This document shows, piece after piece, positions 17,953 through 27,327 of a stretch of 43,903 bases of DNA. Source of the stretch: Planctomycetota bacterium (GTDB lineage Bacteria; Planctomycetota; Planctomycetia; Pirellulales; UBA7805); NCBI GenBank assembly GCA_014237955.1, contig JABABY010000002.1, positions 1 through 43,903 on the forward strand, in the 5' to 3' direction. Every line of letters starts with the position of its first letter. The stretch's first letter is position 1. Under the pieces are notes generated by a model. It did no database searches. It was not told the origin of the DNA and was given only the letters and a program-made list of their open reading frames with translations. Both the position numbers and the translations under genes were made by a program.

Positions 17953-18720
17953 ATGATCGTCATTTCACTCCAGTCGGGCAGTAACGGGAACTGCCTTTAC
18001 GTCGAGTCGCGCGGAGTTCGCCTATTGGTCGATGCCGGGATTTCTGCACGCCAGGCAGAAGATCGCCTTCTGGTTCGGGGACGCGAAATACGGGGAATCG
18101 ATGCACTGCTGATCTCCCACGATCACACCGACCATACCCGTTCGATGGGTACCTATCAGCGAAAATTCTCTCTGCCGGTTTATATCACCGAAAAAACCCT
18201 TTCGGCGGTCCGCCACCGCACTCGTCTGGGGAAGGTATCCGATATTCAATCTTTCATTGCGGGAGATTCGATTCAATTGGCTCATATGACGGTAGAAACG
18301 TTGCCAACGCCTCACGATGGTGTCGATGGAGTTGGCTTTATTCTTGACGATGGTGAGCGACGTTTGGGCATTCTGACCGATTTGGGGCACGTTTTTGATG
18401 GGCTCAGTGACGCGCTTAAAACTCTTGATGCTATCGTCATTGAAAGCAACTACGACCCCACAATGCTTGAGCAGAGTGGCTATCCCAAACACTTGAAAGA
18501 ACGTATTCGTGGCCCAGGGGGCCATCTTTCAAACCGGGAGTCGGCCGAGTTGCTTTCTGGTCTCTCTGCTGGCAGTTTGCGTTGGGCCTGCCTGGCACAT
18601 CTTTCGGAAAAAAACAATGCTCCCGATTTGGCAATCCAAGCACACCGCGAACTTTGTGGTGATGAATTGATGCTTTATGTTGCCAGTCGCTATCAGGCAA
18701 GCGAGTGCATGGAAGTGTGA
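17953..18720 (+). CDS. MBL-fold metallo-hydrolase
   Basis: 255 aa. It has the HxHxDH motif (LISHDHTDH), later His/Asp ligands, and a YycJ/PhnP-like length. Confidence 0.85.
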   Translation: MIVISLQSGSNGNCLYVESRGVRLLVDAGISARQAEDRLLVRGREIRGIDALLISHDHTDHTRSMGTYQRKFSLPVYITEKTLSAVRHRTRLGKVSDIQSFIAGDSIQLAHMTVETLPTPHDGVDGVGFILDDGERRLGILTDLGHVFDGLSDALKTLDAIVIESNYDPTMLEQSGYPKHLKERIRGPGGHLSNRESAELLSGLSAGSLRWACLAHLSEKNNAPDLAIQAHRELCGDELMLYVASRYQASECMEV

Positions 18721-18822
18721 TGGGTGGGAAGTACTCAGTCTTATGCAGATGCCAGCGAGCGACGCGCTGAACACGATCTCTACCAAATGCTGATTTTAAA
18801 CGAATAATACCACAGGAAAAAA

Positions 18823-20724
18823 ATGTTGTCGGGATCAAGACAAGATATTCTCGCGTCGATTGTTGTATTTTTAGTGGCGCTCCCCCTCTGTATGGGAATC
18901 GCCATCGCATCGGGCGCACCGGTTGCTACTGGACTCATTACTGGAATCATTGGCGGTCTCGTTGTCGGCTTTTTTTCTGGCGCACCACTCCAGGTGAGCG
19001 GTCCCGCGGCAGGGCTTACCGTAATCGTTTATCAGATCATCAATGATCTGGGATTAGAAACTCTTGGCATCACTGTGTTGGTCGCCGGGTGCCTGCAGTT
19101 GGTTGCGGGCGCACTCGGATATGGGAGATGGTTCCGAGCGGTCTCGCCTGCAGTTGTCTCTGGTATGCTTGCGGGAATAGGCGTACTCATTTTAACGAGT
19201 CAAGCGCATGTCATGGTCGATGATAGCCCCAAAGGTTCGGGGCTGGATAACCTTCTCTCTATGCCTACAGCAATCCATAAAGGACTACCGATACCCGAGA
19301 TTCATTCTCTCAAACAGCGAACGATAGAAACCAATTTTCTTCAGGCATTTGGTGCACTCCACGACCAACAGGTACAACTGCGCGAAATAGCATCGCAGCT
19401 GGTGCCCGAGCAAACCCAGTCGAGCGAAGCGTTCAGTCCGTACACAACGCTTCACCTTAGCTTGCTCGCTGCACGACAAGATGCATTGCAAATGGATCTC
19501 GTCCGGTTAATAGAAGCGATTCGGCACACCACTATTATTGCATCTGCGACCGATTCTGATGGACTTTCAGAGGCTCTTGAACAAGCACCATTGGCAACCG
19601 CTACTGCGATTGAAAGCTTGAAATCTGGTAACCCCGTTGCAATTCGTAACACACAACTGGAGGTGCAACAAAGCATTGAACGGATTTTATCTGAACTGAT
19701 GAATCATGATTGGGCCGCAAAAGTGGGCCTTCTGACAATTCTGCTTATTGTTCTCTTTAAGGCAGTGCCAATCAAAAAATTACGGCATGTCCCCTCACCA
19801 CTGTTTGCCGTTGTCGTAGTAACCACACTCACAACGATCTACAAAATACCGGTACTCTACGTTGAGGTTCCCCAGAGCCTATGGAGTCAGGTTCATTTTC
19901 CTTCATGGGCAGTGATCACTTCGACACCGTGGACACTAATTTTAGGTTCTGGGATCGTTCTCGCCATTGTGGCGAGCGCAGAAACCCTTCTCTGTGCAAA
20001 CGCTGTTGACCAAATGCAGTCACATTCCAGGACCAACTACAACCGCGAACTTGCCAGTCAGGGTATTGGGAATATGCTCTGCGGCCTGCTCGGCGCCTTG
20101 CCTATGACCGGTGTAATCATTCGTAGCAGTGCTAATGTGAATGCAGGGGCCAAAACGCGATGGGCCACGATTCTTCACGGTTTATTGTTACTTATTTTCG
20201 CCTCGTTTCTTGCGTTCATATTACGTCTCATTCCAACCGCATCACTGGCGGCTATTCTCGTTTACACCGGTTATAAACTCATTGATCTGCAGTCCATTAA
20301 AAAACTGAGGGAGCATGGTTGGGGAGAAGTCATTATCTACTTTGCCACACTCGGCACCATTGTCTGTGCCGACCTTCTTACCGGCGTGATCACTGGAATC
20401 GTATTATCGGCCATGAAATTACTTCATACCTTTTCGCACTTATCCGTCGGCCTGAAAATCAACAAAGATGTCCAGAAGGCACACTTGCAGCTATGTGGAG
20501 CAGCCACTTTTTTGCGGCTTCCTTTGCTTGCGGAAGAATTGGAACGCGTTCCCCATAACTACGAATTACATGTCGACTTCGAAAAGTTACACCACATCGA
20601 TCATGCTTGTCTCGATCTACTAATGACCTGGGCTCGCCAACATGAGAAGACCGGGGGCACGCTGGTGATCGATTGGGAAACATTACACACTGGCCTCAAT
20701 CGCCGCCCAGAAGTTGCTAGGTAA
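18823..20724 (+). CDS. SulP-family anion transporter with C-terminal STAS domain and a large internal hydrophilic insertion
   Basis: 633 aa. The N-terminus (DILASIVVFLVALPLCMGIAIASGAP) is typical of SulP, and multiple TM segments follow. The C-terminus is STAS-like (LQLCGAATFLRLPLL...). AGGAAA lies upstream of the ATG. Confidence 0.9.
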   Translation: MLSGSRQDILASIVVFLVALPLCMGIAIASGAPVATGLITGIIGGLVVGFFSGAPLQVSGPAAGLTVIVYQIINDLGLETLGITVLVAGCLQLVAGALGYGRWFRAVSPAVVSGMLAGIGVLILTSQAHVMVDDSPKGSGLDNLLSMPTAIHKGLPIPEIHSLKQRTIETNFLQAFGALHDQQVQLREIASQLVPEQTQSSEAFSPYTTLHLSLLAARQDALQMDLVRLIEAIRHTTIIASATDSDGLSEALEQAPLATATAIESLKSGNPVAIRNTQLEVQQSIERILSELMNHDWAAKVGLLTILLIVLFKAVPIKKLRHVPSPLFAVVVVTTLTTIYKIPVLYVEVPQSLWSQVHFPSWAVITSTPWTLILGSGIVLAIVASAETLLCANAVDQMQSHSRTNYNRELASQGIGNMLCGLLGALPMTGVIIRSSANVNAGAKTRWATILHGLLLLIFASFLAFILRLIPTASLAAILVYTGYKLIDLQSIKKLREHGWGEVIIYFATLGTIVCADLLTGVITGIVLSAMKLLHTFSHLSVGLKINKDVQKAHLQLCGAATFLRLPLLAEELERVPHNYELHVDFEKLHHIDHACLDLLMTWARQHEKTGGTLVIDWETLHTGLNRRPEVAR

Positions 20725-20832
20725 GTGAACGAGCATTAAGAGACAATAGTGCTTTTGCAGGGTGGTCGTGAGGTCCAAGAGGTTCTTTACAGAGTAGATA
20801 CAAAACTCTCTTTAAAGGCTCGGAACAACAGC

Positions 20833-21492
20833 ATGAACTATCGATTGATCGTCTTCGATTTGGACGGCACCTTGCTAGACACGCTTCCGGATATCGTCGT
20901 GGCCGTCAATGAGGTTCTAGACAGCATGGAAATGCCCTCGCATTCGCACGATTCCATTCGTGAATTTCTCGGTTCGGGAGTGACGGTTCTTTTTGAAAGA
21001 GCCATTCCTGCAGCGATATGTAATCCGCAAACAGTTCAACAGTGCGTATTGGAATTTTTCAAAACGTATAGTCAACACTGGAATCGACGCACGAGGCCGT
21101 TTGCGCAAATCTCCGAGTTACTCGAGAGACTACAGGAGGCGGACTGCAAGCTGGCTGTTCTCTCAAATAAACCGGATCAATTTACAAAGCAATGTATCGC
21201 AGAATACTTTTTACCCGACCTGTTGCATCCAGTATTTGGCCAGCGGGATGGGATTGCCTGCAAGCCAGATCCGCAGGCCTTACACGAAATTATTGAAAGC
21301 TCGGGACTTCCATCCAGGCAAACAATGTTTGTAGGAGATACAGTCATCGATATTCAAACCGCAAAAAATGCTGGGATCTGTTCGGTTGGTGTTGGGTGGG
21401 GATATCGCCCGCGTGAGGAATTACTTCTGGCCTGTCCAGACCATGTTATTGAGCATCCGCTGGATCTATTGCCTCTCGTTGCAGATATCTGA
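20833..21492 (+). CDS. HAD-IA hydrolase, phosphoglycolate-phosphatase-like
   Basis: I prefer the ATG at 20833 (MNYRLIVFDLDGTLLDT) over the GTG at 20749. HAD motifs I (DLDGT), II (LSNK) and III/IV (KPDP ... VGDTVIDIQTAKNAG) are all present. Confidence 0.85.
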   Translation: MNYRLIVFDLDGTLLDTLPDIVVAVNEVLDSMEMPSHSHDSIREFLGSGVTVLFERAIPAAICNPQTVQQCVLEFFKTYSQHWNRRTRPFAQISELLERLQEADCKLAVLSNKPDQFTKQCIAEYFLPDLLHPVFGQRDGIACKPDPQALHEIIESSGLPSRQTMFVGDTVIDIQTAKNAGICSVGVGWGYRPREELLLACPDHVIEHPLDLLPLVADI

Positions 21493-21669
21493 CTAAACTA
21501 GTTTGTGGATTGAGGCGAATAGCGATTGCCGGATGGTCTACCTGCCTTTACTTGGCCCATTGTCCTTCCGAGATAGTAGTGACGTAATTTCAAATGCAAC
21601 ATTTGGTACACGAGGCGTTTGCCGATAAACTGAATATGGTTGTGATGCCCAGCCTGCATACGGTGTATT

Positions 21670-21690
21670 GCGGGGCTCCCCGCTTTATTC
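21670..21690 (+). terminator. Weak candidate terminator downstream of the HAD gene
   Basis: GCGGG-GCTC-CCCGC hairpin at 21670-21683, followed by TTTATTC. It lies about 180 nt after the stop. Confidence 0.25.
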
Positions 21691-21846
21691 TGTCGCCCTG
21701 ACTTGCTATCAAGTGAAATGTCGTCTCTCGCTGCTTACGCCAAACCAGGACCGCATTTGTTGAGCATAACGCGAGCAAATGCCTTTGAAAATATTTCTTG
21801 TGTAACGAGAAGCTGCCAATCGAGTTTCTAGTATTTCGTGGGTGTC

Positions 21847-23370
21847 ATGTCACAGCAATTACATTTTCTTCTGATTGATCATGATCGCAAGAAAGCAACC
21901 CATGTCATAAAGCTCCTAGAGACATTGAAGGATGCACTCCAACTTGAATGGGTTGCCGATCTGGACCGTGCCCTTGAGTGTGTCGAAAAAAGGAATCTCG
22001 ATGGGATTCTTCTCGGAATATCAGACAATATTCACCAGAATGTGATTCCGCAATTGCGGGCCACAAACCGTACGATCCCGATCGTTGTATCAGTTCCCCA
22101 AGATCAGATGGAATCTGCAGCAGATTCGCTGCGTCAGGGTGCCCAGGAATTTATTATTGAAGAGCGAATAACTGCGCAGCGGTTATTAGAGGCTGCAAAG
22201 TATGCGGTTAGCGTAATGAAAAACCTCGTAATCCTGGAGGCCGCTAAAGAACAGTTCCGAGAGAGCGATTTACGGATGCGGGCCGTACTCAACGCTTCGC
22301 TCGACTGCATCATCACCCTAGACGCAAAGGGACACATTCTTGAATTCAATCCAGCTGCCGAAAACACGTTTGGATATACAAGCGATGAGCTAGTAGGTCG
22401 CGAAGCGACCCAGTTATTTGATACTCCGGAAACGAAAACGTTTCCTGTTGATGCTCTCCAGCAATACCAGCAGCATGGAGAGAACCCAGAGATTGGGAGG
22501 CGGATTGAAATCAAGGCACTCCGCAAAGATAGAACGGCTTTTCCTGCTGAGTTGGCGGTCCATCCTGTGCCGCTCGAGGGTGAGCCTATGTTCACAATTT
22601 TTTTGCGTGACATTACCGCTCGTCGAAATGCTGAGGAGGGGCAGAAACAATATGCAGCTGAATTAGAGAGGAGTAACCGCGATTTGGAACAATATGTGTC
22701 GATTGTCTCTCACGATCTTACAACACCGTTACGTGCTATTACCGGATTTTGTCAGTTGCTCCAGATCGACCATCATACCCACTTCGATAAAAAGGCACAG
22801 GAATGCCTCACTTTTATTGTTGAAGGCGCCAGGAGGATGCGAGCACTCATTGATGATCTACGAATCTATTCAAAGGTAACCACCAAACAGAAGCCGATCA
22901 AATGTGTTGCCTGTCAGGAAATACTGAAGGACTCGATGAACAACCTGGAATTTGAAATCCGGGAAGGTCAGCCTGAAATAATTGCCGACAACCTTCCGGA
23001 GGTTATGGCTGACAAAACGCAGATGGTTCAGCTTTTTCAAAACTTAATTGGCAACGCGATAAAATATAGAAGCGAACGAGCCCTTCAAATTCATGTTCTA
23101 GTAGAAAGAGTAAAGTGCGAATGGGTATTCACAATTCGTGATAATGGTATCGGCTTCAATCCGGAAGAAGCAGATAAAATATTCGAGATTTTTCAGCGGT
23201 TGCATGTCGATGAAGAACAGTATTCGGGAACGGGAATTGGTTTGGCCATTTGTAAGCGGATTGTCGAGCGGCATCAGGGAAAAATTTGGGCACAATCGGT
23301 ACCCCGAGAGGGGAGTTCGTTTATTTTCACATTACCGGTTGCCCCGGAAGAAAGAGTAACGGCACGGTGA
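21847..23370 (+). CDS. Cytoplasmic hybrid sensor: receiver-like domain, PAS, HisKA and HATPase histidine kinase
   Basis: No TM segment is present. The N-terminal roughly 120 aa are REC-like (FLLIDHD ... IPIVVSV). A PAS region follows (MRAVLNASLDCIITLDAKGHILEFNPAAENTFGY). The H-box is SIVSHDLTTPLRAI, and the N/G boxes are NLIGNAIKY, DNGIGF and GTGIGLAICKRIV. The start may be the GTG at 21838 or the ATG at 21847. Confidence 0.85.
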   Translation: MSQQLHFLLIDHDRKKATHVIKLLETLKDALQLEWVADLDRALECVEKRNLDGILLGISDNIHQNVIPQLRATNRTIPIVVSVPQDQMESAADSLRQGAQEFIIEERITAQRLLEAAKYAVSVMKNLVILEAAKEQFRESDLRMRAVLNASLDCIITLDAKGHILEFNPAAENTFGYTSDELVGREATQLFDTPETKTFPVDALQQYQQHGENPEIGRRIEIKALRKDRTAFPAELAVHPVPLEGEPMFTIFLRDITARRNAEEGQKQYAAELERSNRDLEQYVSIVSHDLTTPLRAITGFCQLLQIDHHTHFDKKAQECLTFIVEGARRMRALIDDLRIYSKVTTKQKPIKCVACQEILKDSMNNLEFEIREGQPEIIADNLPEVMADKTQMVQLFQNLIGNAIKYRSERALQIHVLVERVKCEWVFTIRDNGIGFNPEEADKIFEIFQRLHVDEEQYSGTGIGLAICKRIVERHQGKIWAQSVPREGSSFIFTLPVAPEERVTAR

Positions 23371-23374
23371 TCGC

Positions 23375-23392
23375 CAGCGAATCGGGTCGCTG
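23375..23392 (+). terminator. Weak hairpin after the first kinase gene
   Basis: CAGCGA (23375-23380) pairs with TCGCTG (23387-23392) around a 6-nt loop. There is no strong T-run after it. Confidence 0.2.
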
Positions 23393-23526
23393 ATTGCCGC
23401 TTTTCACCGTGATCGTTGTACTTCCCTACTGCACGCCAAAAACGTTCATGTTACAGTGGCTATTTTGGAGACAATCCCTGTACCCATTGTTGGGCAACGT
23501 GTGGTGCCGGTAGGTAAAATCAAGCG

Positions 23527-24972
23527 ATGAAACTAACAGCAAAACTCATTTTGATTTTCATCCTCGGCATTATTATTGTCACATCGCTGTACGCTTTTAT
23601 TGAGATAAGGCGCATTGAAGAACAGTTTCATCGCGATACAGAATTGCTCGCCAAGAAGATTGGCACTGCGATGGAGGAAAGGATTGAGATTGTCTGGCGC
23701 AAGCACGGTGAAGAAGGTGTGCTTCGCATGATTCAGGAAGACAGCGGCAAGGAACAGCGAATGCGAGTTCGCTGGACCTGGTTTCAGCCCGAAATTATTA
23801 AGACAAAGGTCGTTCAACGTGGGGCGTCCATCGTTACGGTAGATGCCGAAGGCAACAGACAACTTGTCTATTACCGTCCTATTGCTCTTGATGACCATCG
23901 TTCTGGTCGCTTGGAGTTGTCGCGACCCCTTGCCGAGCTAGATAAGAATAAACAGTGGGCAATTATTAAAGTATTGGGTTTTTCAACTGCTATGGTACTC
24001 GTGTCGGGCGCCGCGGTGACTTTAGGAGGTATTTGTTTTGTCGGTCGACCACTCAAACAGTTAATCGAGAAGACGCGGCGCATCGGTCATGGGGATCTCG
24101 ACGGCCCCTTGCAGTTGCAATCCCGGGATGAATTAGGGGAATTGGCCGGTAGCCTCAATGTAATGTGTCAGCAGTTGATTGCCTCGCAAGAAAGAATCCA
24201 AGAAGAGGCCGTTGCGAGATTGGCCGCTGTGAACCAACTGCGCCACGCAGACCGCTTGCGGACAGTGGGTCGTTTGGCATCGGGGTTGGCACACGAGCTA
24301 GGAACACCCCTCAATGTGGTTTCCGGTCGGGCCAGTTTGATCGTCTCGGAAAAACTATCTGCCGAAGAGGTCGTCAGTAGTGCAGAGACCATTCGCGCAG
24401 AATCGGAACGTATGTCCGCAATCATTCGGCAGCTTCTCAACTTTGCTCGGCGTAGTAAGCCCCAGCCAAGCACGACCGACTTGCGGAAAATGATCCTTGG
24501 TACCCTCGACTTATTAAAATCGATTGCAGAAAAAAGTGCTGTGCAATTGGATTTTTACTGTAAGGAAAAAGAGTTTCCCATTTTGTTTGATGTGGACCAA
24601 CTTCAACAGGTGTTGTCTAATTTAATCGTCAATGCCATCCAATCGATGCCAACAGGAGGGGTGGTAAGGGTAGGCTTGAAGAAGGATTCGAAAGTTCGTT
24701 GCAAGGATGGGGTAGAGCGGACTGGACCCTACTATTGCTTGACGGTAGCCGATGAGGGGGTGGGGATTTCGCCCGAGAACATTGAACATGTGTTCGAGCC
24801 ATTCTTTACAACCAAAAAAGTTGGTGAGGGAACCGGATTAGGGCTTTCGATATCCTACGGAATTATTCAGGAACACGGAGGCTGGCTTGATGTCCACAGT
24901 GAATTGGGGCAGGGTAGTTGTTTTGAGGTTTTTTTGCCTATGGAGACAGAGGTGTGCCAGGACGAGTCTTGA
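23527..24972 (+). CDS. Membrane sensor histidine kinase (two TM segments, HAMP, HisKA, HATPase)
   Basis: 481 aa. TM1 is LILIFILGIIIVTSLYAF and TM2 is VLGFSTAMVLVSGAAVTLGGICFV. A HAMP region follows (RPLKQLIEKTRRIGHGDLD). The H-box is LASGLAHELGTPLN and the G-box is GEGTGLGLSISYGII. Confidence 0.87.
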   Translation: MKLTAKLILIFILGIIIVTSLYAFIEIRRIEEQFHRDTELLAKKIGTAMEERIEIVWRKHGEEGVLRMIQEDSGKEQRMRVRWTWFQPEIIKTKVVQRGASIVTVDAEGNRQLVYYRPIALDDHRSGRLELSRPLAELDKNKQWAIIKVLGFSTAMVLVSGAAVTLGGICFVGRPLKQLIEKTRRIGHGDLDGPLQLQSRDELGELAGSLNVMCQQLIASQERIQEEAVARLAAVNQLRHADRLRTVGRLASGLAHELGTPLNVVSGRASLIVSEKLSAEEVVSSAETIRAESERMSAIIRQLLNFARRSKPQPSTTDLRKMILGTLDLLKSIAEKSAVQLDFYCKEKEFPILFDVDQLQQVLSNLIVNAIQSMPTGGVVRVGLKKDSKVRCKDGVERTGPYYCLTVADEGVGISPENIEHVFEPFFTTKKVGEGTGLGLSISYGIIQEHGGWLDVHSELGQGSCFEVFLPMETEVCQDES

Positions 24973-26363
24973 TTGTCGATGATGAGCAGAGCATGTGCGA
25001 ATTGCTGGAGGTTGATTTGCGCATGCGTGATTTCAAAACGGCTTGGTTTACAGTCGCCGAGGAAGCCTTCCAGGCACTCAGTAGGGAATCGTTTGATGTG
25101 GTGCTTACCGACCTGAATATGCCAGGTGTGGGAGGCCTTGATCTCTGCGAGCGTATCGTGGCAAACCGTCCGGATATTCCGGTGATTGTGATGACTGCGT
25201 TTGGCAGTCTGGAAACTGCAATCGCTGCAATCCGCGCGGGAGCCTACGATTTTGTTACCAAGCCAATTGAGATGAACCTTTTGGGGGTTACGCTAAATCG
25301 AGCGCTCCAACACCGTAACCTGCAGGAGAAGGTTAAGCGACTTAGCGAAGCAGTAGCCCGTAGCGAGCGATTTGGAGATATCTTGGGCAGCAGCGCGCCC
25401 ATGCAGGAGTTGTTCGACCAATTGGCGCGTTTTGCCGACTCGGAAACGTCTGTTTTGATTACAGGCGAAAGCGGTACGGGAAAAGAATTGGTTGCGCGAG
25501 CCATTCACCGGCAGAGTCGACGAGCAGAAAAGCCTTTTGTTGCGGTGAATTGCGCTGCAATCCCCGACACACTGCTGGAAAGCGAATTATTTGGCCATGC
25601 AGCAGGGGCGTTTACCGATGCCCGTGGCGAGCGTAAAGGGCTGTTTCTCCAAGCGGAGGGAGGGACATTGCTACTGGATGAAGTTGGAGAACTTCCACTG
25701 ACGATGCAGCCCAAATTGTTGCGTGCATTGGAAGAGAATGTTATTCGACCGGTCGGAAGCGATCAGGAGGTGCCTTTTGATGTCCGCATCGTTACCGCCA
25801 CAAATCGCGATCTTGAAACAGCAGTTGAAGATGGGCGATTTCGCGAAGATCTTTTTTTCCGCGTCAATGTTATTCAGTGCGACCTGCCCCCACTACGGTC
25901 ACGTGGCACCGATATTCTGTTGTTGGCCCAGCACTTTCTGGAAATATTTGCCGCCCGGGAGAAAAAACAGGTAACCGATATTTCCAAAGCGGTTGCTGAA
26001 AAATTACTCAGCTACGCGTGGCCCGGAAATGTTCGGGAATTGCGTAATGTCATTGAGCGAGCGATTGCTTTGACGCGGTACGACCGCCTCGGACTAGAAG
26101 ATTTACCCGAAAAGATTTGCAACTATCGCAGTTCACAAGTTTTTATTGGCGGGGAGGATCCCACCGAACTTGTGGCACTTGAGGAAATCGAAAAGCGATA
26201 TATTTTGCACGTTCTCCAGTCGGTGGATGGTAACAAAACGCTCGCAGCCCGAATTCTTGGTTTGGATCGAAAAACGCTCTACAGGAAGTTAAAGGACGAT
26301 AAGTCGACGGGCGACAACAGTCCAGTGGATCCCGACACTGGGAACTCTGCGACAAACGCCTAA
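24954..26363 (+). CDS. Sigma-54-dependent response regulator (NtrC/AtoC-type enhancer-binding protein)
   Basis: 469 aa. The REC domain shows VLIVDDE ... VVLTDLNMPG. The AAA+ domain has Walker A GESGTGKE, ELFGH, a GAFTGA-loop variant reading GAFTDA, and LLLDEVGEL. The C-terminal Fis-type HTH reads NKTLAARILGLDRKTLYRKL. The GTG start overlaps the kinase stop by 19 nt. Confidence 0.9.
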   Translation: MPGRVLIVDDEQSMCELLEVDLRMRDFKTAWFTVAEEAFQALSRESFDVVLTDLNMPGVGGLDLCERIVANRPDIPVIVMTAFGSLETAIAAIRAGAYDFVTKPIEMNLLGVTLNRALQHRNLQEKVKRLSEAVARSERFGDILGSSAPMQELFDQLARFADSETSVLITGESGTGKELVARAIHRQSRRAEKPFVAVNCAAIPDTLLESELFGHAAGAFTDARGERKGLFLQAEGGTLLLDEVGELPLTMQPKLLRALEENVIRPVGSDQEVPFDVRIVTATNRDLETAVEDGRFREDLFFRVNVIQCDLPPLRSRGTDILLLAQHFLEIFAAREKKQVTDISKAVAEKLLSYAWPGNVRELRNVIERAIALTRYDRLGLEDLPEKICNYRSSQVFIGGEDPTELVALEEIEKRYILHVLQSVDGNKTLAARILGLDRKTLYRKLKDDKSTGDNSPVDPDTGNSATNA

Positions 26364-26512
26364 GAGCTACCCACGTAAAGACTTCATAACGGGGCAGCTT
26401 TCCACGGTGGGGCATTCTGCCTCGCACCGCAGCCGTATTTCTTGCGGCAGCTTGCTGACCCATCACCTTACAGCCAAACACCTTGTGCTTTCTCCAAGAG
26501 ATCCTCGTCTTT

Positions 26513-26528
26513 CGGCACAGCCATTGCT
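26513..26528 (+). promoter_or_regulatory. Sigma-54 (-24/-12) promoter candidate upstream of the ECF sigma gene
   Basis: cGGCACagccaTTGCt: GG at 26514-26515 and GC at 26526-26527. The spacing is exactly that of the consensus TGGCAC-N5-TTGCW. The site faces the ATG at 26622, about 95 nt away, and lies about 150 nt downstream of the enhancer-binding protein gene. Confidence 0.55.
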
Positions 26529-26621
26529 TCTCATTTGAACAGAAAAAGGGACCAGCGTTTTGGACGGTTGGTCGGCTTAGGTGTTTGTACGGTTTGTCCA
26601 GTGAGAAGGGAATGAAGTGCC

Positions 26622-27272
26622 ATGTCTTGTTCAGTAATAACAGAACGCAATGATCAGTTGTGCGGTGATTGGGAAAACCGATTGACCGATGAGCAGCTAC
26701 TGCTCTCCTACAGGGAGACCGGTAACGAGGCTCAGTTTGCTGAGCTTGTTGATCGGTATCGAGGACCGCTGATGTATTTCCTCAAGCGGCAAATCGGAAA
26801 TTTATCGATTGCGGAAGACGTCCTGCAGGCGACATTCATGCAATTGCATGTCAAATGCGAACAGTTCCAGGAAGGTCGACAAGTAAAACCATGGTTGTAT
26901 CGCATTGCAATCAATCAGGCGATCGACAGTAATCGTCGGAACCGTCGCCATGAAATTGCGAGCTTGAATCAATCCGGAAGTGAACAGGATGGCCAGCGGT
27001 GCGAGTTGGTGGATTTGGTTCGTGGTGGCGGACTCCAGCCCGCGGAAACTCTCCAGAAGCAGGAGCAGAGCGAGTCGGTGCGTAGGGCGGTAGAAAAGTT
27101 ACCGCTCCAACTGCAGACGATTGTGTCGTTGGTGTTTTTCCAGGGCCTCAAATATCGCGAGGCGGCCGAGAAGCTTTCGATTCCTGTCGGAACCTTGAAA
27201 AGTCGTATGCATACCGCATTGCTGCAGTTGCGGGCAACTTCACCGGAGTTGCAGTTTTCCGAAGCAGCATAA
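26622..27272 (+). CDS. ECF-type (group 4) sigma-70 family sigma factor
   Basis: 216 aa. Region 2 reads [16 protein letters not shown] ... [18 protein letters not shown]. Region 4 HTH reads [28 protein letters not shown]. Confidence 0.88.
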   Translation: MSCSVITERNDQLCGDWENRLTDEQLLLSYRETGNEAQFAELVDRYRGPLMYFLKRQIGNLSIAEDVLQATFMQLHVKCEQFQEGRQVKPWLYRIAINQAIDSNRRNRRHEIASLNQSGSEQDGQRCELVDLVRGGGLQPAETLQKQEQSESVRRAVEKLPLQLQTIVSLVFFQGLKYREAAEKLSIPVGTLKSRMHTALLQLRATSPELQFSEAA

Positions 27273-27327
27273 AAAAGGTTCAGTAAGTAGTTGTTTACCA
27301 AAGATTTTCCAACGGAGTTTACTGAAA

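Noticed and set aside
26537-26559. TGAAC-N15-CGTT upstream of the ECF sigma gene, considered as an autoregulatory ECF promoter.
   Set aside because: The spacer is 15 nt rather than the usual 16-17. The element also overlaps the region where the sigma-54 transcript would start. The information content is too low to call.
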